Below, piece after piece: positions 13,116-23,540 of a stretch of 64,000 bases of DNA; within the stretch, counting starts at the first letter, position 1; every line of letters begins with the position of its first letter. The stretch is taken from NCBI RefSeq assembly GCF_006345805.1, contig NC_043000.1:76446001-76510000 (forward strand), written 5' to 3'. The translations under genes were made by a program, and so were the position numbers. The stretch comes from Octopus sinensis (lineage: Eukaryota). The notes beneath the pieces are model-generated. The model was not told the origin of the DNA, did not search any database, and was given only the letters and a program-made list of their open reading frames with translations.

Positions 13116-14522
13116 CTAGCAGTATCGCCCGGCGTTGCTCGGGTTTGTAAGGGAAATAACTATATAAGCATTTTTAGTGAGTTATAGCAAAAAAATAGCA
13201 AAAAATGCATTAAAAATGGAATAAAAAATGATGGTAATTTTTTTAAAAATCGTTGACTCATCGTAGACATTTTTAGAGAGTTACTTCCCTTATATAATAG
13301 CGAAAAATGCATTAAAATGGAATAAAAAATTATGGTAAATTTTTTTAAAAATCGTAGACTCATGCTAATACCCAGAAGGGCTCGATATGAATCACGACTA
13401 TAAGATACCCGGTTTTGGTTACATTGCACCGCAAAATGTGGGAGTAGTTAGGAATCTAAATCGTAGGAGACAGACACACAACCTTACTTTTATATATAAA
13501 GATTTGTGCAACAACTAAAACATTCGGTTGTGCAAATTGTTTGCACAGGAAACCTGCCCTGTGTGGCGGTAATTGCCGTTTTTGTGGATCTGTTTCAGCT
13601 TTTTTAGCGATTTCTGTTTTGGCGACTTCAAGCCATGAAGTCGTTGTTCTAAAAGAACGCTGGTCTCCTTGACAACGCATTACGACGTTGATTTCCTTAC
13701 ACTCCCTTCCCCACAGCTTCACGAGGGAGGGAAGAAGGGGGAGAAGCAACACAGGTGCAGGTGTTTGAGCGTGGACGCCAACTCCGCCGCCATCGACACA
13801 CGAAAAAATATGCATTAAAATGGAATAAAAAATGATGTTAAATTATTTTTAAAATCGTAGACGCGCGCTAATACCCAGAAGGGCTCGATATGAATCACGA
13901 CTATAAGATACCCGAATTTGTTTAAACTGCACCGCAAAATGTGGGAGTAGTTAGGAATCTAAATCGAAGGGGACAGACACTCACACAACTACAGTTTTAT
14001 ATATATAGATTTGTGCAACAACTAAAACATTCGGTTGTGCAAATTGTTTTGCACAGGAAACCTGCCCTGTGTGACGGTTTTTGCCGTTTTTGTGGATCTG
14101 TTTCAGCTTTTTTTAGCGATTTCTGTTTTGGCGACTTCAAGCCATGAAGTCGTTGTTCTAAAAGAACGCTGGTCTCCTTGACAACGCTTTACGACGTTGA
14201 TTTCCCTACCTGCCTTGCCCACAGCTTCACGAGGGAGAGAAGAAGGAGAGGAGCTACACAGGTGCAGGTGTGAGCATGGACGCCAACTTCGCCGCCATCG
14301 ACACACGAAAAAATTGGAAGAAATGGAAAAAAAATTATGTTAAATCATTTTAAAAATCGTAGACTCATCGTAGACGCGCGCTAATACCCAGACGGGCTCG
14401 ATATGAATCACGACTATAAGATACTCGAATTTGTTTAAACTGCACCGCAAAATGTGGGAGTAGTTAGGAATCTAAATCGTAGGAGACAGACACTCACACA
14501 ACTTCTCTTTTATATATATAGA
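13116..14522 (-). mobile_element. Non-autonomous Helitron (1407 bp) with internally triplicated 5' end
   Basis: On the minus strand it starts TCTATATATATAAAAG after an A, and ends with hairpin CCCGAGCAACGCCGGG (13128-13143) then CTAG followed by T. There is no TSD. Removing it restores the RT reading YGYKMFDKNINHLIYMDDLK. Confidence 0.9.
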
Positions 14523-15711
14523 TTTTATACCCGTACTGCGCGTCATTGAGCAGTTTTGAGAGAGGTATTAAGGCTAAAAAGAAGAGGAGTGGTGATAGTG
14601 AGTCACCCTGGAAAATGCCACATGAAATTTTTACATCACCAGCATTTAGAGATTCATTGTCACTGTTCAAAGTTAGTGTGGTTCTCCATGATCTCATACT
14701 TACAGACAAAAAGTTTCGCAGAGCAGGTGCTATCTTATACATTTCTAGGCATTTCTTAATCCAGCTATGTGGTAGGCTATCAAAAGCCTTTTTATAGTCT
14801 ATCCAGGCTATTGATAAGTTTTTGTGTCGTTTGTGACAATCTTCTAAGATCATCTTATTGATGAGTAGTTGATCTTTACAACCGTAGTATCCACGTTTAC
14901 ATCCTTTCTGTTCATTAGGGAATATGCTGCTGTCTGTCAAAAAACTATAGGTATATTCCGTCAGGACAGATGTTAGTGTTTTATACATAGTTGTTAAGCA
15001 GGTTATGGGTCTATAGTTTTTTGGTTCATTTGTTTCTTCACTTTTTGGAAGCAGGAATGTTAACCCATTAACTAGCCAAGGAGGCATCCTACTAGGGTGT
15101 TGCAAAACATCATTGTAAAGTACTGTTAGCAGTTCATGGCTCTCTGGGAAGGCATTCAACCAAAAGTTAGGGATTTTATCCTTTCCTGGAGACTTCCATT
15201 TGCTTGACCTCCTGAGAGCAGATCTTATATCTTCTACCTTGACACCCTCCCACTTTTGCTCTTCTAAGGAGTGTGTTTTTTCTTCTGCCCAAATTTTATT
15301 CCAAAATCCCTGCACTTCTTCTTTTGATGGTACAGACCTTACAGTAACTGTTGTTTTTCCTATCTTCCTGTAAACATTTTTGGGATTATTTTTGAACATG
15401 TTGTTGTCCCTGAAGAATCTAACACGCTTTTCATACCTCGCTATGCGGGCAGCTTTAGCAGATACCTTTTGCTTGATGGTTTCTAAGGTGGCATCAATAT
15501 CAAGTATAGTTTTCATATTATATTTTTTCATTAGTTTTTGGGTTTTTGTAGGTTTGGTAGTCTTATGAACCTTAAGGTTTTTCAAATATTCAATGTCAGA
15601 TCTAAATAGTTTAATTTGTTGTTGCAAACGCTCTTGCCAAGAAGGCTTTTTGTGGAAATGTTGCCGTTTTCTAATCTTTTCACCACATAGGATCGTTATT
15701 ATTATTATTAT

Positions 15712-15743
<32 letters not shown>

Positions 15744-15744
15744 C

Positions 15745-15778
<34 letters not shown>

Positions 15779-15795
15779 AATAATAATAATAATAA

Positions 15796-16250
15796 GTCTT
15801 GGTATAAAAGATGGGCTACAGCAAATATTCTGCTCAATACCACAGATTTGCTTGTCACTTGTTTGACCTGAACCAGTTGAGCATGTCCCTTAGTAGCTGA
15901 CGATATGTGCATCTCTGATCACGAGAAGAAGTAATGGGGAGCATCATAGCCGTGTGTTGAGAGGGATTCTTTGGGGTTTTAATAATTCACCTCTGGAAAC
16001 ATGGGTGTTTCTTTCAACATCCTTAAACAACCCTTATTCAGGGACCTTTTGAGCGGGATGGGTTACTCGACCAGAAGAAACTTCTAACTGGACCCCACCT
16101 GCAAGATTATGTGCTGTTTATCTTGATATGAGATCAATATGTCGCGCCCATATGGTTGTGATGCATGTGCCTAGTGTATCCTTAACAGACGGGTAGTCAT
16201 GATTGGTATACTGGGCTTTGTATCTTTGATGGCATGCACTGCTCTCTCAC
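15796..16250. repeat. Unclassified probable interspersed repeat between two (TAA)n tracts
   Basis: Non-coding, higher GC than its flanks, bounded by TAA arrays at 15697-15795 and 16253-16297. Family not recognised. Confidence 0.4.
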
Positions 16251-16252
16251 TC

Positions 16253-16296
<44 letters not shown>

Positions 16297-16298
<2 letters not shown>

Positions 16299-18262
16299 TA
16301 AGAAATGTCTGGAAATGTATAAAATAGCGCCTACTCTGCGAAACTTTTTGTCTGTAAATATGAGGTCATGGAGAACCACACTAACTTTGAACAGTGATGA
16401 TGAATCTCTAAATGCTGGTGATGTAAATATTTCATGTGGCATTTTCCAGGGCGACTCACTATCACCACTCCTATTCTGTTTAGCCTTAGGCTAAACAAAA
16501 GAGGAGTGGTGATAGTGATACCTCTCTCAAAATTGCTCAATAACGCACAGTACGGATATAAAATGTTGGATAAAAATATAAATCATTTCATTTACATGGA
16601 TGATTTAAAGCTCTTTGCAAAAAATGACCAACAACTCAAGGGCTTACTAGCGATTGTTAAACAATTCAGTGATGACATCAGAATGCAATTTGGCCTCGAT
16701 AAATGTGCAAAAGCTACCTGTATCAAAGGAAAAATGACAGAAACATCTAAAGTTTACCTCGACCAGCAGATTGTTATAAAAGAGTTAGACCCAGCGGAGA
16801 GCAACAAGTTCCTAGGGGTAATTGAAGGGGACGGAATAAGGCATTCAGTGATGAAAGAAAGGATCAGGAGAGAATGTTATCGCAGAGTAAGAGCAATACT
16901 CAAGACAGAGCTGAATGCGAGAAATAGGATCGAAGCGATCAATGCTTTAGCCATACCAGTCGTGACTTACAGTTTCAATATCGTTAACTGGCCAATTACT
17001 GAAATATGTAATCTTGACAGAAAAATACGAAAACTGTTGACAATGCATAGAATGCACCACCCTAAGGCAAATATAGAACGACTTTATCTGCCAAGAAAAG
17101 AGGGAGGACGTGGACTTTTACAACTAGCATTAGCAATGAAGATTGGATGTTAAAACTTGTCTAAAAACATGAAAGCAAGAAAGGATCATACTCAGTAACA
17201 AAACAGGCAAAGGAATATCTAAGTGAATTCCGAATACAGCAAATTTCGGAATTAGACATTCAAGAAACAAGCACAGAAAAAGCTAAGCGCATGAAAACCC
17301 GTGCTAAAACTGCGGCCTTAGATATTCTGAATGATAAATGGCAAATACCCAAAGAGAGCGAATAATGCAGATGTTGACAAAGCCTGACCCATCAATGGCT
17401 TAAAATCTGAAACAGAAGGGTTTATCATAGCAGCCCAAGGTCAATGCCTACCTACAAGAAACTACCAGGCCAACATATTAAAGAACGGCAGTAGCCCAAC
17501 ATGTTGTGTATGTCAACAACAAAATGAAACCATTGATCATGTTGTCTCCAAGTGCAGCCTTCTTGCACCTACAGAGTATCTCAACAGGCATGATAGAGCT
17601 GCACAATAGATTCACTGGGTAATTTGCAAAAGCCTGGACTTGCCCCATGATAAAAACTGGTGGGAACACAAACCACCTACAGGGCTTGAAGATGACCACA
17701 TCTCACTCCTCTGGAACTTCACCATTCAAACTGACAGAAAGATAGATGCGAATAGGCCAGGCATCATAGTAAAAGACTTCAGACAAAGAACATGCCTCCT
17801 CATTGATATGACTGTCTCAATTTATATAAACATATCTCCCAAGACCTACTAGAAACTGAGCAAATATAAAGATCTTGAAATAGAAATCAGCAAAATGTAG
17901 AATCTGAAGACTAAAACAATACCTGTTGTCATAGATGCCCTGGGAATGATAGCAAAAGGGGCTGATTGCTACCTAACTCAGATACCAGGAAACCCCAAAA
18001 TGGCAGAAATTCAAAATATAGTGCTCATGGGAACTGCTCATATCCTACGCAAAATACTTTCTATGTAATTTCAAGTTTTAAAACAAACATAATTTTCATA
18101 TGTTTTTTTTAGGCATTCACTAGTACAACACTAAATATAAAACCAAATATATAGCACCCTAGGCATAAGACCAGCATGAACTTCCAACTTGTTGTCTCTA
18201 GAGGCCTCTGGGTGAGACTTGGAGCCAGCTAGTGCAAATGTAAAGCAAAAGTCAAACATATA
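16297..18262 (+). mobile_element. R4/Dong family 2, 5'-truncated copy in (TAA)n
   Basis: Closely similar to 11315-14760 in inverted orientation. ORF 16434..17153 carries YMDDLKLF; degenerate endonuclease region follows; 3' UTR then (TAA)n at ~18260. Confidence 0.9.
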
Positions 18263-18580
18263 ATAATAATAATAATAACAACAACAACAACGACGACGAT
18301 GACGAAGATGATGACGAGGATGACGACGACGATGATGATGGTGGGGGTGATGGTGGTGGTGGTGGTGATGGTGGTGGTGATGATGATAATAATGATGATG
18401 GTTATGGCGATGGTGGTGATGGTGGTGCAAAAACAACAACAACAACAATGATAATAATAATAATAATAATAACAACAACAACAATAATAATAATAACAAC
18501 AATAACAAAAATAATAATAATAACAAAAACAATAATAATAGTAACAACAATAATAATAACAATAACAACAATAACAATAA

Positions 18581-18790
18581 CTATACTACAAAAGGCTGAA
18601 GGAGATTGAAATAGAATACTCGGTAGAGCTCCGCAGAAAGTTTGTCTTTCAGGGAGAGCAAAGATTATCAGGAGGGTTCTAGGCACTTGAAAGTTTGCTG
18701 AAAACTTGTGGATACATAAAGTTACAGGTAGTAACCCGCAGCCCACATAAATCCTACAAGGAATGAAACCAAACCTGAGCCAACGAAAAT
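18581..18790 (+). mobile_element. 3'-terminal fragment of another R4/Dong-like family
   Basis: Encodes a QKVCLSGRAKIIRRVLGT* C-terminus like that of the 1330-3060 copy, followed by a short UTR and a TAA tail. Confidence 0.6.
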
Positions 18791-19030
18791 AATAACAGTA
18801 ATAATAATAATGGCTACAATTATTATTATTATTATTATTATAATTATTATTATTATTATTATTATTATTCAGTAGTTTTATTTTTATAGCGTGCTTTCAC
18901 TTCACTACCGAGCGCAGCTCTGTGTGCCTTGGGTATGTGCTGTGATTTGTTGTGATGCTCTGATGGTTATTGTATGGAAAGTGTTCTGCGTAGGATGTGT
19001 GCAGTGCCTAGTAGTGCAATTTTCTGTATG

Positions 19031-21559
19031 TTATATGTGTTTGTAAGTCCTGGTGTTTTTGTTATGTATTTGTCTGAATATTTTTTTTATCATGCCTAAT
19101 GCACCTATGATAGGAATTGTTTCTGTTTTCAGGTTCCACATTCTAGTTACCTCTATTTCCAGGTCTTTGTATTTTGAGAGTTTCTCCATTTCTTTTAGAG
19201 ACACGTTGTCATCTGCCGGTATTGATACATCAATTAGAAAGCATTTTTTTTCTTCATGATCTCTGACAACTATATCTGGTCTGTTGGCCTTAATTTCTCT
19301 ATCTGTATGTATCGGCATATCCCAGAGTATGGTTGCTTTCTCGTTTTCTGTGACCTTTTCTGGTGTGTGCCTATACCATCTTTTTTCTGTTGTTATTCCA
19401 TAATGTTGGCATAGCTTCCAATGTATGTAGGTTCCAACTCTGTCATGTCTGTGAATATATTCCTTCTTAGCCAGGACTGGGCAGCTAGAGATAATATGAT
19501 TTATTGTTTCTTGTCCATCTCCACATATTCTGCAGTTACTTGTAATATTTCTTTTCATTACATGTTTTTGGTAATTTCTGGTGGGGAGGCTTTGGTCTTG
19601 TGCTGCAATTAAAAATCCCTCTGTTTCTGCTTTGAGTCCTGAGCTTCTCAACCATTGCTGGGATTTTTCTTTGTCTATTTCTTTTGCGTTTAGTTTAGTG
19701 CAGTATTTACCATGAAGGGGTTTTTCTTGCCATCGTTTTATCATGGCTCGTTGCTGTTCTATTTTTAGTTTGGATTTCATTTGTTTTATAGCTTTTGTTG
19801 TTTCTTCATCATCTTCTTCTTCTTCTTTGTGTTTATTAGGTGGTATGATTTCTTGTTTGTATTTGTCAGCTTCCTTAAATACTGAGAACAGTTTTTTGTT
19901 TTGCTCGTGTTTTACTGCTATCTGGATCAGTTTTCCTTCCTTCTGGAGTAGGTATTTTTGCAGTCCTATGGTGGTTATTTTATAGTAGTTTTCCAGCTGT
20001 ATAAGGCCTCTACCACCTTCTATACGTTGTATATATAGTCTTTCTATGTCAGATTTTGGGTGATGCATCCTAGATCCTGTCAGTATTTTTCTTGTTTTCC
20101 TATCTATTTTGGACAGTTCATTTCGTGTCCAGTTAAGGATATTGTAGCTGTAACTTATAACTGGGACAGCTAAAGTGTTGATACCTATTATCTTGTTTTT
20201 AGCATTGAGCTCTGTTTTTAGTATTGATCTAACTCGTCTATAATATTCTTTTTTTATTTTCTCTTTCATTTGTGTGTGTTGTGTCTTATCTAGTTCATGG
20301 ATTCCTAAGTATTTGTAAGTTTGGCTTTGGTCTAATTCTTTTATTTCATTGGTTTTATCTAGTGTGATGTTGTTACTCTTAACTAGTTTTCCTCTTTTCA
20401 TGGTTACTTTGGCGCATTTTTCTAATCCAAATTTCATATCTATTTCTTTGGTAAATCCATGAACTGTCTTTAATAGTGTTTCCAGCTGTTTGTCATTTGC
20501 AGCGTATAGTTTTAGGTCATCCATATATAAAAGGTGGCTGGTCGTTTTGCCGTAACATTTATATCCGCATCCAGTTCTATTTAGCATATCAGATAGAGGT
20601 GACAGTGCCAAGCAGAAAAGGAGTGGAGAGAGCGTGTCTCCCTGGAATATTCCTCTTCTAATGGGGATGTCTTTGGTTTTCATGAGTCCCTCTTTTGTTT
20701 GGATGTGTAGGACTGTTTGCCATTTATTCATAGAGTGCTCTATGAATTTTATGATTGTTGGTGCTACTTTGTTAATGGCTAGTGTCTCGAGGATCCATGT
20801 GTGGGGGATGCTATCAAACGCCTTTTTGTAGTCAATCCAGGCCATACTGAGGCCTTTCTTCTTTCTGTGGCTGTCTTCAGTTACGGCTTTATTAATCATT
20901 AGTTGATCTTTACAGCCATATGAGCCCTTGCGGCATCCTTTCTGCTCTTCTGGGAACAGTTTGTTTTCGTCCAGGTGCTTGTTCAGCCTTTGCGATATCA
21001 CTGCAGTAAATGCCTTGAACATAGTAGGGAGGCAGGTTATTGGTCTGTAGTTTTCTGGTTTTGTTGTTTCATTTGATTTGGGAATTAAGATGGTTTTCCC
21101 CTTCGTGAGCCATTCAGGCATTGTCTCTGGCTCTGCTAGTATGCTGTTAAAGTTTTCAGCCAGCTTTTTGTGCATTCCTGTTAGATATTTCAACCAGAAG
21201 TTGGGGATCTTGTCATGCCCAGGTGCCTTCCAGTTGCTTAGTTTTTGCAGTGCCTGGGTGACCTCTTCAGTTGTTATGGGGGTCCAAAGTTGTTCAGATG
21301 CCGAGTTTGTTATTTTCATACTCCTTTTTTTTGGCTGTTCGTTCGCCGACCATATTTCTTTCCAGAATTCTTCCAATTCTTCTGCCGTTGGTGCTGCAGT
21401 GACTTCTATTTTAATTTTGCCCAGTTCTTGGTAGAACTTTTTGGGGTCGGAGTTGAACTTTTTGTTCTGTTCAAAGAAGCGTTGGCGTTTCTCGTACCGG
21501 CGGATCCTTTGAGCTTTGGCAAGGATATCTTGCTTCAGCTTTTCTTTTATCTCCGGCAA
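19031..21559 (-). CDS. Reverse transcriptase + CCHC + restriction-like endonuclease (842 aa; C-terminal part of a probable single ~1180 aa ORF)
   Basis: ENYRPITCLP, QKGCRKG, IDYKKAFDS, GIFQGDTLSP, LYMDDLK, CRICGDGQETINHIISSC, RHD, NRPDIVV, LIDVSIP, EKLSKYKDL. The last residues are frameshifted; the expected end IALLGTAHILRRTLSIQ* is in another frame. Confidence 0.9.
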   Translation of the reverse strand: MPEIKEKLKQDILAKAQRIRRYEKRQRFFEQNKKFNSDPKKFYQELGKIKIEVTAAPTAEELEEFWKEIWSANEQPKKRSMKITNSASEQLWTPITTEEVTQALQKLSNWKAPGHDKIPNFWLKYLTGMHKKLAENFNSILAEPETMPEWLTKGKTILIPKSNETTKPENYRPITCLPTMFKAFTAVISQRLNKHLDENKLFPEEQKGCRKGSYGCKDQLMINKAVTEDSHRKKKGLSMAWIDYKKAFDSIPHTWILETLAINKVAPTIIKFIEHSMNKWQTVLHIQTKEGLMKTKDIPIRRGIFQGDTLSPLLFCLALSPLSDMLNRTGCGYKCYGKTTSHLLYMDDLKLYAANDKQLETLLKTVHGFTKEIDMKFGLEKCAKVTMKRGKLVKSNNITLDKTNEIKELDQSQTYKYLGIHELDKTQHTQMKEKIKKEYYRRVRSILKTELNAKNKIIGINTLAVPVISYSYNILNWTRNELSKIDRKTRKILTGSRMHHPKSDIERLYIQRIEGGRGLIQLENYYKITTIGLQKYLLQKEGKLIQIAVKHEQNKKLFSVFKEADKYKQEIIPPNKHKEEEEDDEETTKAIKQMKSKLKIEQQRAMIKRWQEKPLHGKYCTKLNAKEIDKEKSQQWLRSSGLKAETEGFLIAAQDQSLPTRNYQKHVMKRNITSNCRICGDGQETINHIISSCPVLAKKEYIHRHDRVGTYIHWKLCQHYGITTEKRWYRHTPEKVTENEKATILWDMPIHTDREIKANRPDIVVRDHEEKKCFLIDVSIPADDNVSLKEMEKLSKYKDLEIEVTRMWNLKTETIPIIGALGMIKKIFRQIHNKNTRTYKHI

Positions 21560-21669
21560 ATCTTTTCTGTGATGTTATATTTGCGGAGCATTTTTGTTCT
21601 CTTTTTGTTGCTCAGTAGCGTTGCTAGTTTGCTGATTTCATTAAGAATCGACAGGTCTTTTCTAATTTT

Positions 21670-22599
21670 TTAAATTTTATTTTGGATGTTATTTATCCAC
21701 AGGGTTTGTTTGGGTGGTGGTACTCCTGTTTGGGCGGGTTTGGGTGAGTATCCAGCTTCTTTTGTGGCTGCTGCGTATATCAAGTCATTTAGTTCAGTGA
21801 TATCACTTTTTTTTGTTTCAGTGGCTAGTTCAGTGACGGCTAGGTTTATGTTGTTTATAATTGGTGTTGTTATTGCGTTTATTTTTATTCTTGGGAGGTA
21901 TGGTCGGTGGTCCATTTTGAGCTCTGTGGTTTTTAGTTCTTTGATTATTTTATTTTTTATATTATCATAATCATTAGGCTCCCCTTCGTTGTTTACATCG
22001 TGTTTGTTGGGAATGTTGCGTTTGTCTTCGTGTTTTACAGTTTCAGTGTTTATATTATTGGGCATTGTTGTGTGGCTTCTATCTACATTTTCCTGGTGTA
22101 TTTTTTCTTTTAAATGTTCTATTTCTATTTCTGATATTTTTTTGGCTTTGAGAATGTATCTTCGTACGTTAGCTAATTTATTAGGGTTCATTGCTGTATC
22201 CAAGTCTATATCTCTATTATTTTCCTTCCATATTTTATATGTATGTGTTGTTGTATTTTCATTTTGTGGGTAGAGCATTGCTGTGAAGTATGCGTGTAAG
22301 ATAGAAATGTATTCCTCACGTGTCCATTTACGTCTTTTGGGTTTTAATTGCGGGACATGAGGTACAACGTCCGGCCCATTATTTTGACGGTCGTCATTTT
22401 CGTAGGGTACCGGTCCGTTTATTTCTGTTGTCACATTATTTCGCACGTGTAGTTTTTCGTACATTTTTTGTTGTAGGTTTAATGTACGTACCGTTCGATT
22501 GTTATTCTTGGGTTGAATAGTATCGGTGGCATTTAATTTCTTCGTAGTTCCTTTGTACATGGTGTTTGAGGTCGGGGATGATCGTGTTGTTCCACGCAT
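21670..22599 (-). CDS. N-terminal region of the R4/Dong ORF (309 aa)
   Basis: RRKWTREE motif. It is separated from the RT ORF by one TAA stop and a 1-nt frameshift in 21560-21670. Confidence 0.75.
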   Translation of the reverse strand: MRGTTRSSPTSNTMYKGTTKKLNATDTIQPKNNNRTVRTLNLQQKMYEKLHVRNNVTTEINGPVPYENDDRQNNGPDVVPHVPQLKPKRRKWTREEYISILHAYFTAMLYPQNENTTTHTYKIWKENNRDIDLDTAMNPNKLANVRRYILKAKKISEIEIEHLKEKIHQENVDRSHTTMPNNINTETVKHEDKRNIPNKHDVNNEGEPNDYDNIKNKIIKELKTTELKMDHRPYLPRIKINAITTPIINNINLAVTELATETKKSDITELNDLIYAAATKEAGYSPKPAQTGVPPPKQTLWINNIQNKI

Positions 22600-22800
22600 G
22601 TTTACATGTGTTGTGTTAGAGGTGGAGATAATATCGAGTCAAAATACATCATTTCGTTTCGAAAATAGCAATAAATTTCAATTCGTATTACTTACTCGGA
22701 TATAGTCCAATTCTTTGTTAGTAAATCTTTGGCTCCATAGGGTGTCCTTGTTTTCGATGTTTGTGGATAGATTTCGGAGCTCTGTATTTTCCTTCTTACA

Positions 22801-23027
22801 TCTTAAACGTCCCCGGTGTCTTCTCTTAAACGTCCCCGGTGTCTTCTCTTAAACGTCCCCGGTGTCTTCTTTTAAACGTCCCCGGTGTCTTCTCTTAAAC
22901 GTCCCCGGTGTCTTCTCTTAAACGTCCCCGGTGTCTTCTCTTAAACGTCCCCGGTGTCTTCTCTTAAACGTCCCCGGTGTCTTCTCTTAAACGTCCCCGG
23001 TGTCTTCTCTTAAACGTCCCCGGTGTC

Positions 23028-23028
<1 letters not shown>
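22801..23028 (-). repeat. Ten tandem copies of a 23-bp unit (AAGAGAAGACACCGGGGACGTTT) at the element's 5' end
   Basis: AAACGTCCCCGGTGTC recurs at 22805, 22828, ... 23012 with an exact 23-bp period; one substitution in the array. Confidence 0.97.
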
Positions 23029-23097
<69 letters not shown>

Positions 23098-23099
<2 letters not shown>

Positions 23100-23343
23100 T
23101 ATTTTTGACTTTTGCTTTATATTCGTACAAGTTCGCTCTAAGTCTCACCCAGAGACCTCAAGAGACAACAGGCTGGAAGTTCGTGATGTTGTTATGCCTA
23201 GTGTACCATATATTTGGTTTTGTATTTAGTGTTGTACTAGTGAATGTCTAAAAAAAACGAAAATTATGTTTGTTTTAAAACTTGTTGTTGCTGTTGCTGT
23301 TGTTGTTGTTGTTGTTGTTGTTATTATTATTATTATTATTATT

Positions 23344-23376
<33 letters not shown>

Positions 23377-23498
23377 ATTATTATTATTCTGTTTGACTTC
23401 TGCTTTATATTTGTACAAGTTGGCTCCAAGTCTCACCCAGAGACTTCAAGAGACAACAGGTTAGAAGATCGTGATGTTGTTATGCCTAGTGTGTCATA

Positions 23499-23500
<2 letters not shown>
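23098..23500 (-). mobile_element. Two short 3'-UTR-only copies of R4/Dong family 2 (about 23098-23285 and 23388-23500) in ATT/GTT tracts
   Basis: Both match 11315-11540 and the reverse complement of 18070-18260 (ctccaagtctcacccagagac...caagagacaacagg). Confidence 0.85.

Positions 23501-23540
<40 letters not shown>

Larger units (their letters stand above)
11315..15695 (-). mobile_element. R4/Dong-clade retrotransposon (family 2), 5'-truncated and interrupted by a Helitron
   Basis: RT in 14523-15695 (KNYRPITCL, QKGCKRG, IDYKKAFDS, GIFQGDSLSP) continues at 13115-12475 (YMDDLK) and 11548..12210 (CRVC..ETIDHVVSKC, RHD, RPDI, LIDM, KLSKYKDL). (TAA)n tracts lie at both ends. Confidence 0.92.
18870..23028 (-). 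mobile_element. Near full-length R4/Dong-clade retrotransposon (~4.15 kb) flanked by (TAA)n on both sides
   Basis: N-terminal ORF 21670..22599 plus RT/endonuclease ORF 19031..21559; (TAA)n tail 18800-18870; tandem-repeat 5' end abutting (TAA)n at 23028. Confidence 0.95.

Noticed and set aside
14494-15912. 472-aa ORF as a complete protein
   Set aside because: The N-terminus comes from an unrelated repeat and the poly-Ile (ATT)n tract, and the C-terminus reads into the Helitron. Only ~14523-15695 is RT.
22801-23028. 23-bp repeats as a CRISPR array
   Set aside because: The units are contiguous with no spacers, there are no cas genes, and the context is a eukaryotic retrotransposon.
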